From: Klebsormidium nitens
Lineage: Eukaryota; Plantae; Klebsormidiophyceae
Length of the DNA stretch: 64,000 nt
Direction of reading: 5' to 3'
Assembly: GCA_000708835.1 (NCBI GenBank)
Contig: DF237369.1
Location: 7,674 to 71,673, forward strand
The notes under the pieces were generated by a model, which was not told where the DNA came from, did not search any database, and worked only from the letters and a program-made list of their open reading frames with translations. The translations under genes and the position numbers were made by a program. Shown here in pieces: positions 13,250 through 25,500 of this stretch. Each line of letters starts with the position of its first letter. Within the stretch, counting starts at the first letter, position 1.

Positions 13250-14450
13250 AGTTGTCGCGCACGTTGCTGAAGGGGAACCTCCGCTCAGCACACACTCTCC
13301 ATCACAGCCGATCTCGTCTTTCCATACTACGCGGCATCAATGATCCTATTGATGATTGGCGCGGTCACACATAGAACGTGAACCCTGGTTACCAAGTAGC
13401 CCGAAAGCAACTCTAGCTGAGATTGGTAGTCGGCTTTTGCCAGAACCATGGCCAATATAGCGATCTTCCAAACCCGCAAATTCTGGTGCGTTAGCTACGT
13501 CCTCCAGAATTATTGGTTGACGCTGACAATTGACTAAACAAAAATAGAGGAACGCTCTGCGTATTCATGCCGTTCGTGCCGCAACTTAACGAATTCCAAG
13601 ACCTAAGGGTGGTCGCGGGCCGTTGCAAACGATCCGCACAGCCGTGAGTTGGCGGACACGTCCACTTCGATGCTTACTTTAAAAACGCAACACAGGAACG
13701 CAAAGGGAATAAATGTCTCCGTTGAAACAAGGTACTACATCTGACGACGCATCTTTGAGCAGAGTAGTCTCATGGATCACCTAGAGGTTTCTCCGACAGC
13801 GTCAACCAGCCTAGGGCATAAATGCTGGCAGAGACCCCATAAAACCTATCCTTGAGCAGGGATGCCGATTGCACCAATATATACAGTAACGTAACCAACT
13901 TCTTTCAGCTTCCGAGGATTTGAGACGTACGTGCGGGCATTGGGATGTTGACCTCCGGCAAGCGCCCTTCGTCAGAGCCGACCGGATTCGAAAACAAAAC
14001 CGACCCTACAATCTGCGTAAGCGACTAGCATCTCACTTTTAGGAGAGCGTCGGTGAAAAATGAGGGTGTTAAGGAATAGAAGCACGACGAACTTGGGAGG
14101 ACCCATCAGGGATCTCAGCATGTTCCGCCCTTTGATTTCTAAAATATCAGCCTATCATACGGGGTTAGCTGGCACGCTCGCACAGACAGAACTCGGAGGA
14201 CTTGGGCTGCTTCTAGGTGCACCGTTTTCTGACAACAAGCTCTTTGCAAACCACGAGCGCACCAAGCATAACGTACCAGAAACGCCCCGACGTCGGGGCA
14301 ACTTTTGATCGCCAGATTCAGGCCTGCTGTGGTGGTGGACTGACAGGAAAGAGGGTTAGGACGAGCGCCCTCTAGACATGGCTTTTTGTTCGATGTCAAG
14401 TAAATCTATACGCAACGCGCCTCGAAAAGAGGAGGCCCATCCTTAACTAT
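13250..14450 (+). pseudogene. Decayed RPA70/OB-fold-like repeat unit
   Basis: Anchors ccatcacagccgatc (13299), acgtcctccagaatt (13497), ctttcagcttcc (13903), ttcgtcagagccga (13968), ggacccatcagg (14099). Colinear with 6250-7300. Confidence 0.45.
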
Positions 14451-15199
14451 TTCGAAAGCTTTCCTGCGCGCGCGATTACATCCTTTTGAGAAATTAGTGC
14501 GTTCTCTTGTTCAATTTGCAGGTCAATCGGGATTTACATCCGGAGCGCCGTAAAGGCTTTCCGGAAGAGGCGATCCTGAACACGTTTCCCTCTGATTAGT
14601 GAGTACCGGAGAATAAAAAGCACGTGGCGGAGACGCACACCAGATCCGTGTCAGTCGACTTTTAGAACCACGTGCAATCAAGGTCGAGCGAAAGAAGACT
14701 CGACATCAAAAGATGCAGGCCACAGCTACAGTCAGGAGTGCCAAACCTCGTGAGTGTGAGAGTCTGTAACAAAGGCATCGACTTCTCAGGATGGGACGGC
14801 TGCTAAGATGCTTTTTGAAGATGTAAGTTCTCAGATCGGCGAGAGTCAGAATTAGCAGGTTGCCTTTCCAGAAAGTAAAACGGCCCAAGTGCAAACGTAG
14901 ACACGTGCCACGTGCGCAGAACATTTCACGCATGCGCAGGACCATGCTCTGCAGGTCCGTATCCATCAAGCGCGGGACGGGTGGAGTTGGTTGACCCAAA
15001 GCATCCGATGCGCACTAACATTGACCGAGACTTGCCCCAGCGATGCAAGCGCTCATAGAGAAGCGAGTGATGTCGCGAGAATGCCGCAATCTTATCAACC
15101 TGACAACCGTACATCGGACGTATACGTAAGTGCCATGCGAAAGTCCTGCTCCCCACCGTTGGGTCGGGCTTCACTTCAGTCTTCTATGAAGGGTCCGGC

Positions 15200-16590
15200 C
15201 CCTCAGCTCCACTATCAATCACAGCCAAGTGCCTCAAGTTACGCGACTGGCCAAAGGATAAGAAAGCCCAAGTTTCAAGTGCCCGCCAAGTCAATTAACT
15301 TCGATATCACACCCCACAAAAGGAAACACCTTCCAAGCAAACGCAACCTTTTTCTCAAATTCTGCTGGCTTGCCAAAAGCTTCTGACTGCTAAAACGGGA
15401 CGTGGCTCAAGCAACAAATGTATGGCTCCAGTAAGAGACTGTAAGTACATTCAAAGGCCGTTCCAGTCATTGCCACATCCAAGTCAAGCAGTTGGCTCAA
15501 GGTTTAGAGTGCGGCAGCTCTAACGATGTCCTCAAGACCTAAGCTTCGCCACTGATCGATGCGAAAGGAAACCCACGGCTGCAGATTCACTGGTTTACTC
15601 AATGCGGAGAGCTCCGTTTTTTGATGCCCGATCGAAAGGGGCAGCGAAGGACAACGGCCTCCAACGAACAGTCTGGTTCGAAACGAGGCACTTTCCAACG
15701 TTGCTCTTTTGACTTGCTTCATCATACTGGAAGCAATTTGCGTAAGGAAGCACGGCATTATCGAAATCCCACGTGTAGATTAAAAGACACTGCTGCTTTC
15801 AGCTTCCAGAGAGTTGGGTCGATGGGATGTTATCCCACAAGCGCGCTTCGACAGAGCCATGCGTGTAGTTTTTCAATAAAGGGGACCGCGCGCCGCCCAA
15901 CTGGCGTGACCCGCAAGCAGGATAGCAGGACACTTTCGTGAAAGTATCGGTAAAAACGAAAATGTATTACACGCACTGGAAGCACGATCAGAAGAATCTG
16001 CAAGGACCCATCAGGACTAATCTCAGTACGGATCGCCTTTCGAGCTCTACCAACTTCGGAGGGGCAAGCACATTGGCCGCACATGACTTCGCGTTCAAGG
16101 ATCTGCTCCACCTAAAGTCCTTTTAAAACGTGCCCACAGCGGATCATCAACAAAGCACAAACGAGGAGCGGTCTTGACTGCAAGGGTCCAGCCTGCAAAG
16201 AATGTGGTCTGACCAGAAAGTCTGGTCAAGAAGAGCACCGCTCGGCAGAAAGTTTTCGTTCCGATCCGTTCCGTTGCGTTCTGCTGCGTGCACGGCTTGA
16301 GTCTGTCACAACACGCTTCGTGATGAGGAGCCCCATATATTGCCGAATGCGTCCTGCAAATCTGCAAGACGGCTCTGTACTGAGCAGAAAGACTCCGTGA
16401 CTGAGGCACTGCTTTCCTTCGTACCGCTCAACACGAACTCGCGTACGGACGAAGCGCCGGAAAGGACTCTCCGGAATACACAGACTTCCACGGTTCTACT
16501 TCAGGTTCAGGTTCAAAGCCAACGTTCAGCACATGGTGAGGATACACCACCAGGCGTCAACCTTCACAACCACGTAAAGCTAAGATGATC
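15200..16590 (+). pseudogene. Decayed RPA70/OB-fold-like repeat unit
   Basis: Remnants MPDRKGQRRTTASNEQ (15624), Cys cluster LDCKGPACKECG (16173), TEALLSFV, VLLQVQVQ. Broken by frameshifts. Confidence 0.5.
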
Positions 16591-16599
16591 GAGCAAATA

Positions 16600-18950
16600 T
16601 CTGCATGCAGTTAGTGAAATTAGGCCACCCCTTCACTTTTGAACGGTCTGCCAAGTCCAGATTTGCCAGGTCCCAGGAGCATGTCATCTGCTAGCTCTGC
16701 CGTTGCGGATAGCTAACAATGCTTTTGGACGGGAGGACTCAAGGCAGGGTGCGGCGGTGTGTGATGTGACAATCTCGTGAAAAAAACCTTACGGAAAAGC
16801 AGTGGGCAGGGCTTGAGGCAGGCTTCCTTTGCTTCAAGGAGAGAACGACGCTCGCAACTAGTACATTAAAGGCCCGAAATCTATCTCGCAATTGGCTGCA
16901 CGTATTTCCTGCCGGCGTCGGGTGACTTCGCAAGTAAACTAGCTATATCGGAGAGAAGTGTTCCTGCTGACAGACGGTGACTGGTCAAAGTCAAGCTTCC
17001 AAACAAAAATCCAGAACACCGCTGGGCTCCCTTTCACTGTGCTTCTAGATCAGAGTGACATCAACGTGTGTTGTATCAGCACGAATACTTTGAAAGTTGG
17101 AATCAATTAGCGCTAATAGTTAGGCATTTCGATGCCAGAGGCCGTTAAGATCTGTTGCGTTTGGACCATGAAAGCATCTGATGAGGATTGTCGGGGATTC
17201 CGTTCGTCACAGCCACCCGCAATCTAAAATAGAATGCACACAAGAGAGACGATTCGGCGGATGTTCGCAGAAGAGTGTTCTGAACCTTTCTGGATCTTTG
17301 CCAGCCGAGGGCGAACTTGAAGCCGCCGGGATTGGCCAGAAGGGGCGGGGATTACGAGATATATTCGAGAAGACATGCTCAAGCTCAACTTACTTCATGG
17401 TAAGTTGCTGGTAATACAAATAACAGCGCGCCTTAGCGAACGTACCTTGCCGTCCGCTAAAAGCCGTATTCGCTAAAGCAAGCGGCAGGTGCACAGATCC
17501 ACAGTCAAGGAGATGCCATGAATCCACAGTCAAGGAGATGCCGTTTTTCTGTGTCAAGCAGATGCCGCTTTTCTGTGTGAATATTCTTAGGGGCCCAAAA
17601 CACGTGAACTGATGTGCATGTTCCTTACTGTGAATTAGCAGATTAGAACGTTACACGGCCGTCCGGCAACACAATTCGTAGATAATTGACGCTTTCTACG
17701 GGGCTCGCTGAAGGAGATTGCAAGCCCAGCGGTGCAATGGTTCACGTCTCGAGAGCTAGACTCTTGCTGACTCAAATTGTACAATGGGTGCTTGGCGTGG
17801 CTTCCCTCTCGGAACGATTGAAGCTGCGCGTTCGAGCAATACAGCATTACCAATAGGGCCAAGGATCTTAAATAAGACCATGGTCACTGAGGGTTGATAT
17901 TGACAGGAACGTCCCAGCATCGATCTGGCAAAGCCATATCAATTGTCATCAGACGATGTCGTAACTATAGTCTCCCCAGCCCAGGACTTGCGGCAAAGTT
18001 TGCCGCAAGTCCTCTAAAGTGGATATCGTACCGAAACTTGAAAAGGAATCTTTTAAGACCTGAAACTAAGGGAATGTTCAGGCACGAAGGCGAAGCAAAA
18101 CGTCGATCTCTGGGCGCTCTTGTCAGACTCTCTACTACACTTGCCGCTCCGACCTGTGGCTCGCAAACTTCGAAGAGGCATCTGTCAAGAGGAGGGTTTG
18201 TCCCTCTACTTGACAAGAGGAGTTGCATTCACAGCCAGAGGAACGAACTGGGCAAGATTAAGTTCGTCCTTTGAACAAGTGTTCGTAAAGGTCCGAACAA
18301 TCCGCCCTCACTTGATGAACGCGTTAAGCCTAAAATCAGAGTCCGACCAACGTTAAGGCTGCAAATTTACCGGACCGAAGCGAACTCCGATAGACGCGCG
18401 TTGCATATAGGCACTTCGCAAGCCTTGACTATATATATGTACGGAAGGCAACTGGGCCTTTTCAGAAAGCCGGCAAATGAGCGAGTTGTACAGCCGTATA
18501 CAGTACCGTCTGACCCCGCCACTTTTAGTGATCAAGAATAGCTTCAGAGCATGTGGACTACATTCAAAGCCTGAGGACTTGCCTCACTGCGGCGCCCAGC
18601 ATCATCGCTACCCGCTTACCACAATCAAGGCTCAGTCCACAGAAGAAGATGCACTTGAACGATGGAAGCAAGCGGGCAATCGGGGTCGACCAGACATTGA
18701 GTACGGCTTCTAGCATCAGCAAGCAGTACGCTTACTGTCGTGCAGTCTCGTCCAAAAAAGGAGGCATTTGGATCTGGAGAAAGGACCGTATTACCGGCTT
18801 TACGCTTGCAAGCGGAATAACGAGCAAGCATCTTAGTGCACGGTCACACCATCTTGGAAACGTGCTTAGCCTGAACCACGTCTGGATCAACCATTCCTAG
18901 AGTGAAGCACATTCGTTTGGCATAAGTTATAAGTTCGTTCAGAAGAGTGG
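16600..18950 (+). pseudogene. Decayed repeat unit, paralog of 9600-11800
   Basis: Colinear nucleotide similarity to 9600-11800 over ~2.2 kb, e.g. aatcagagtcc(a/g)accaacgt and gtctgac(g/c)ccgccacttt. Confidence 0.45.
17497..17579. repeat. Short tandem repeat, ~24-25 bp period
   Basis: atccacagtcaaggagatgcc occurs at 17497 and 17522, followed by gtcaagcagatgccg(c/t)ttttctgtgt variants. Confidence 0.8.
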
Positions 18951-18999
18951 GCTGCGCACAGTTTGATAATGCGCATGCAATGGGCTGAACAGAATCCTG

Positions 19000-19800
19000 C
19001 GGGAATCGGCTTGATTTGTAGACAATTGGGGTCGATCAGAGCGAATGATTTCCGCCAGTGACTGGTCGAAAGTCAGGCTTTGGATAGAAGACCAAAAAGG
19101 TGATCATCTAGATTGGAGTGGCATCGACGTCCTATTCGTCAGCATGGATAAGTCGAAACGTTCAAAACAAGCGGCAGATTGTCATGCTCTTCGATAACGG
19201 AGGTCTTTGGCGATATCGGCGTCTAGAGTGCTGTTGCGCGGATGAGGGTTGTTCTCAGGGAATTGCGTTCGTCACAGCCACCGGCAGTTGGGAAAGAGAG
19301 CGCACAAGAGAGACGGTTCCGTGGTTCGCAGGATAGTTCTTTGGATCTTTAGCGAAGCACTCCGGGAGTGGCCAGGAGGGACAAGGGTCGCTGCCCTAAG
19401 TTCTGCTCAAGCTCAACTCTTTTCTTGCTGTGACTTTGCTGGTCTTAAAGATAACAGCGTGCCCTTTCAGACCGTGGAAAACGGCTTTGCTAAAGCAAGT
19501 GGCAGGCGCGGATCCAGACAAGCAGATGCAATCTTTCTTTGTCAAAACGCTTGGGGGGGCCACAAGAGGCTATTCCCCGAATTGCACGTTCCTTCCCTGG
19601 GTAGCAGATTAGACCGTCACACGACAACAAGTTTCGTAACCAGTGGCGTTTTCGACGGGGAATCTCGGAATCTCGGAATCTCGGAACCCCGCTGAAGGAG
19701 ATTCCAAAGCCCAGTGGGGCAGCCTGTGTTTCGCAGATTGGTGAGGCACCTGCTGTCTCTGTTAAAACAGACAGGTTTGCGCTGCGCATGCATCCGCATG
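19000..19800 (+). pseudogene. Third, truncated copy of the spacer module
   Basis: gtgactggtcgaaagtcaggctt (19059), gatgagggttgttctcaggg (19241), caagagagacggttccgt (19306) and gctaaagcaagtggcaggcgcggatcc (~19490) match ~10008-10460 and ~16978-17500. Confidence 0.5.
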
Positions 19801-20359
19801 GGCACCCCCCACAGTCGTGCTACCAGATACTTATGTGTTGAATGTTTAAAAACAACTCACCCTTTGCAGCCACGTGCACCTATTTTGGACGAAAAACCTA
19901 ACTCCAAGCGACAGCTTTTCGGATTCTCGGACTCTCCCTGTAGGCTTGTCTGAACCGGTTCAATTGAAACCATCCGGCCTATAGCCAGAAGACAGATTGC
20001 TTCACGTTTCTCAATAACGCACTTTGAGAGGCAGAGTGGAAAGCTTGATCCAGAAATCCGGAAGGCTCGTAGAATAGCCAGTAGCGTCGCGCGCGTGCGC
20101 AACCCTGTGGACCTGATAAATGGTTATTGCACGAAGTGAGGGCCAACTTCTGCTCCTTATTTTGGTCTTCATGGATCTACAGTACCTTGATGAGGAGGGC
20201 CGTCAGCTCCATCAAGAAGCACAGCCACGTGCCTTAGACTACGCGACTGCCCATCAGATCAGAAAGCCCCGCGTTTGGACTCGCCACCGGGGCGCTCAAG
20301 CACGTTATAAAGAGAATGATTTTCAGGCAAACGCAACTTTAGCTTCGTCGAGTTCTGCT

Positions 20360-22260
20360 TAGGTGCGTAGAAAAAAGAAGGCTTGCCAAAAGGATTTCTG
20401 CTGCAGAAACGGACGTGGCTCCAAGAGGACGTTAGGTTCGTTGATTGCTACTACAATCAAATCATCGAACCGTTCCACTCATTGCCACAACCAAGTCGAG
20501 CGACTGGTCAGACCAACACGAAAACCGTCTGCTACATCGGAAGGTATTAAAAAACAGGATCCGCTCGACTAGAAATCGCTTCGATAGTTTGAAAACCCAG
20601 AAGACGTTTTGAAACGCCTAATCCATCTTGAGAACTTCACTTTGGTTTCAATTAATATTGGTATCCTTATAATCGATTCGAGCATTTTATGTGTGCGTCT
20701 GTCAAGGGCTTTCAACTTGCAAAATCGGGTCACTCATTTAGGAGTTTCGTATTTCAAAGTGTTGTGCTTACCAGGGCGCCAGTTGGCACCAATTCTTCTC
20801 GCTTCTTTCACATCCCCGAAGAACATTTCCACGACAATTGAAGTCACAAAGCTCAACTTTCTTTGCTTATTGTTTCTGGACTTATGGAAGCGTCAAGATG
20901 GTCTTCTGCCCAAGGGGCAGACTCGACAAAACACTGAAAATCATAGCCAATCTCCATCGAGTACGCGCTCCGAGTCGGCATCACCCATCAATCATTCGGC
21001 GCCTGCACAAATCTAAGGGAACCCTGCACATAGCTCAAGCGTGGTTCGAAAAGCAATACGTCAGCGTCTCCAGATTAGTACTTTCCAAAGCTGTGTACGC
21101 ACTTGGGGCGCAGAGATTTGCGTGCATGACACCTTTCGTGAATCCGACCTGATAAAGAGATCGAACATGCTCAACCATCATATCCAAATAAACCTTTGTG
21201 CGGCAGGTCGACGAGCTCTTGAAAATCTAGAGCTTGGTCATTTTTCAGTGTGCGGAATTGGCTCGGCTGCAGATCAACTGGTGTGCTGAATGGGGAGATC
21301 TCCGCATTCAAATTTGACGCTGATTCAAAGGGGCGGCAAATTAGGAGCACGGCCTGGAATAAGAACATGCTTTTGACACGAGGCACTTTCCAAAGATGCT
21401 CTTCCAATCTAAATGATCCTGACACCGATTTCCTGAATGTTCCGTTTTCAAGCATTGTTGGAAGAAACGTCACGGATTCCCACCTATGAAAGTATACTGC
21501 TTCTTTAGTTTCCGGAACCTTGGAACCGAAACCGGCAATGGGATCATTACTAACCCGCAAGCGCGCTTCGTCAGAGCCGATCGCGCGTAGAATGAGATAA
21601 GCAAAGACGACAATCCAACTTGCGTGAACGGCAAAAGAACACTGTTTTCAGCACTGAAGTCACAATACACTTGCATGGACCCACCGGAAAGAGTCTCGAT
21701 CAGTGTGTCCCAGTCATTTGACCTCTACGAGGCAACCTTGAAACTGGCCCGGAATGACTTTGAGGACATGCCGCCATCAAATAACATAACAAACGTGTTG
21801 TAACCACTTGCACGTCACATCTTATCATCACATATCGCTCACGAAGAAGCTAAATGTCGTTTGAGAGGGTCCAGCGTGTGCCGGTGGGGGTGGGCTGACC
21901 AGTCCCTCCGGTCAAGAAGAAAAGCCCAGCAGTACTGGTTTTCCACTCCGTCTCAAGTGGCGTCAGCCAGACCGGACGCGTCTCCAGAGGAGAGAGCCCT
22001 CGTACATTTCGAAGCTCGAAGCGAAGAGCTGCAGAATGCATAATTGCCGATAACACATTCAACGATGAGAACTATCAAAGGCTGCTCTCTTCTCCTCGGC
22101 CAGCTCAACATGATCTCACATACGAAGCGCAGGAAAGACTTCTCGAAAGACACGGACCATCACGGGTTCTACTTCGAGTTCAGAAGGATACTTCCAGACT
22201 GTGATGAGGATACACCACAGAGGCGTCGACCAGCTTCACCACCCGATGTGGCAAGGGTGG
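20360..22260 (+). pseudogene. Decayed RPA70/OB-fold-like repeat unit
   Basis: Remnants DADSKGRQIRSTAWNK (~21315), ARFVRADR, DNTFNDENYQRLLSS (22049), SRVLLRVQ, and gaggatacacca (22206) shared with 9570 and 16539. Confidence 0.5.
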
Positions 22261-23079
22261 ACGTAAAATATGACCGCATAAGTATCCACGTCTCACTTCC
22301 GGACGCCGAGTACCCATGATTCGATCGAACATCATATCCCGGTGTGAGGTTGCGTGGCGGTGACCACAGGGTCTCCGAGTGTGACGCCCTAACTATTTCC
22401 CTGCCTGAAAGACAATGCTCTCGATCGGATTGGCTAGGAGAAGCGGGAATCGCTGCGAATACGACAAACTTGAGTACGGCTCTTGGCAAATAATGAAACA
22501 ATCAAATAAAGCAAAGTTGCTTTGCCTACAGTGGAAACGGCCATCGCAAGTAAACCGCCGGCGCCATCGCAGTCGCGTGGACACTGTGCCGCACGAATCG
22601 TTCCAATGTCAAGACTTGATTGTGAAGGACTGACGTAGGTTGAACGATATTGCCCACTATAACGGGTCGAAGTTAGGCATCAATTCGCATACGTCCCAGG
22701 ACGTCACTCGACGCGGTCACTGTGGCTCCCGGCTGTCAACACCGTATCAGAGGGGCAGTTTGCATTTCAATTGCGTCAATCGCTGCAGCCTGAACGACGA
22801 CTGTAACGCATGAGCAACTCAAGGGACATCGGTCGCGGAGGCTATTGTTTGGCGGCGTCATTCCACACACGATGCGTGAGGGGTGTCCTCAGGGTTGTGC
22901 TCTTCACGGCCGCCACAAACGAGCTAGGGAGGTTTACATACGAGAGGATTCTAGAGTTGGTATACAGCCGGCGGCTCTTTAGTCAAGCAATTAATTTTGC
23001 GTTGATATGTTACTGATGAGCAGCTGCGAGCTCCCTGGTCTCGATTATAACGAGACCCAAGCTGGGAGGCTGCACTATG

Positions 23080-25500
23080 GAAAAGTGCACGATCGTCCTG
23101 TGAGGAGCTAGCAAGTTAAAAGGCCGCCAGCAAAACAGCAAAGGCGTTCGTTCGTTATCGTCGGGGCTTGCCGGACGTTGGAAAGTTCAAAAACCGGCGC
23201 AAAGTCTTCTTTCGCACGTGAGAAGAGGTTTAAGGGTTTAACCTGGTATGGTGAGGTGATTTCGAGTGGCTTCGTACGGATGGGGCTCAGCCCGCGCGAA
23301 AAAGCACACAGAGCACCCTGAAAAGGGGTATACTTCAACGTCGTGACTATCTGACTAAATGTGCGGGCACAGTCTTTGTTCGCTGTATGAGATTATTACC
23401 TTGGCCCCTTCTCCTTTGCGGCTTGGTTGACCTGGCATACACCAAAAGCTAGCCTCTGCGCTCGAAGGACCAGACGATTGCTTACATCTAATGGACATTG
23501 AGAGCAAGTCGGACGTGTCGCTTTCTGATCCGGCTGGCTTTTGTGAAAGCAGAAGCAGAAGCATCATGGGCCTGCGCTGTAGATAGTCGCAGCCACAGTC
23601 GGTCACAGATATAGAATGAACGGAAGGAACTAGAATTCGACCACCGTCTCATCCAAGTGGGCAGTAATGATGTTCATTGGACCATGTAAAGAGCAATCAG
23701 GGCGTCCAGATCGACAACAAGTCAGGTTGGGCTGTCTCAAAACAGAAGGAAAGCAGCCCACATCAGCAACGTCCATCATTGCCCAACTCAGGGGAGGTAT
23801 ACTTTTGACCTTGGGACGCAGGCCAGAAGAGAACATACGACGCGATGACAAAGGGAGGAGTTGCATCAGCGGAGGTGTCACTCCACATCCGGTCAACAAT
23901 CTTCTTGCTCAAGCTGACAGAACAGAAGCATGCACACGCTGATGGACGTGCCTTGAGTGAGCATCTTCTAGTGGCAAGCAATTAGCGCAGGAACAAATCA
24001 GATCCTTTCGGGTCCGTTCCAAATCTACGGCCTACAAGGTCTCAGCTACAATCGAGGAACTGAAGACTTGCGTTCAGACAAGGACTTTCAGGCTGTCAGG
24101 CATGTGACACTTTTGAACAATTAGGACTACTCTGGAACACACGTTGGCCTTGGATCCTGGAGATTCTCCTTCTCTTTGCAAAGAATGAGAGGAGTTCATC
24201 TTTCAACATAGCCACGTCTTCTAAGTGGCAAGTCAAGGTGCAAGCACTTGTGATGTGGACGAATCTGAATAACAAGAGACATCCACTTGGCAAACGTAAG
24301 GGTACGGCATAACACGGCGGAGACCAGCCTTCGAGGGTCCTTACCTGTCGCAACCTGCTCCACAGAAGACCCCTCTCCCAATCTATAACGAGCAACTAAT
24401 GGAGCAAAACTCCAAAGTTCGGCAAGACGACTATGGACTGAAAGAAGGAGTGCAACATATGAGACGGTGTTTCGAGTATGACGGGCGTCTGGAAGGACAC
24501 AATCCCAGGAACTAGGCTGCCTCAACATTGACCGACAGCCCACATGCCGGCGCTGCCCGTCATTACCCTGCTCGTACGTTGATACCTCCAAAGGCACTGA
24601 TTGTTCTTGTCAGCAAATCTGCAGCTCCTTATCTGATCCGGAGAAGGCGCGGAATCAAGAGCAGACAAGCGGGTTCATGGTCAGGAGCGAGAGAGATGAC
24701 ATTTTTTGACTGTTTCGCAGGTTATGCTTGGAGAGGAGTTCCATCCGAAGCCTTGGCCGACACCGAACTAGATAGCAATTGCAAGATTCGGCAACCATTT
24801 CAGCATGGAGAAAGCGCTTCGTCTGGACGAAGACTGCAAGAGGATAGGCCTCCGGGCAAAGACCACATAGAAAGCACTTGGGCTCTCCGGTTGAAACACT
24901 CTCGTGCACAAATGTAAGAAACACGCTAGCGCCATGCACAACCGACATCACTGCTCCCAATCCGACGCGCTTCGACCTGTCGAATGAGCCGGTTCTGGCC
25001 GTTTCAATGCCGGTGTTATCGAAATCACAATCTGACAGAAAAACTTAGGATTCAGTATGACAAGCTCGCAGGTAACATATTGGGATCTCGGGAGGATCCT
25101 TAAAAGGACGTGCATGTTGGCCGCATGCCTCTTCAAAGGAGTAAAGCGGAGCGTACTGTGATCTACATTCGACAAAGGAAACACAATCCGCGGTCCTCAC
25201 ACTCGTCGAAAAAGCTTGACAGCAAAGAGGAGGCTGCTAAATTTTAGCACGTTTCAGCAACCGCAAGCGCTCTGCAGACCTGCTAGGGACTTCCCAAAAC
25301 CCGATTCAAACAATTAATCGACAATCGGCGCACATTCGACGATTATTCGTACGGGCTTGTCAGGCTTCATGGAAATGAACATCGCAATGAAAACATCGCT
25401 GACCTCAAAACCTTTGTCATGAGGGGCATCAGGAGGTAGCATGGCCAAGTTAAGCTTTCTGGTACAAGCCCACTCTAACACCGCCCACTATTATCAGTCC
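23080..25500 (-). pseudogene. Decayed unidentified coding-like module C, copy 1
   Basis: Colinear with 36880-39400 at a near-constant ~13.85 kb offset. Anchors: taccttggcccc (~23397/37254), gcccaa(c/g)tcaggggaggtatactt (23781/37610), cattaccctgctcgt (24561/38402), catgttggccgcatgcctc (~25113/39006). Confidence 0.55.

Noticed and set aside
23700-23800. Ankyrin-like reading WTLLMWAA / TSLTWAAS (also ~37580)
   Set aside because: Single short match, no 33-aa periodicity, and the frame is not continuous in either copy.
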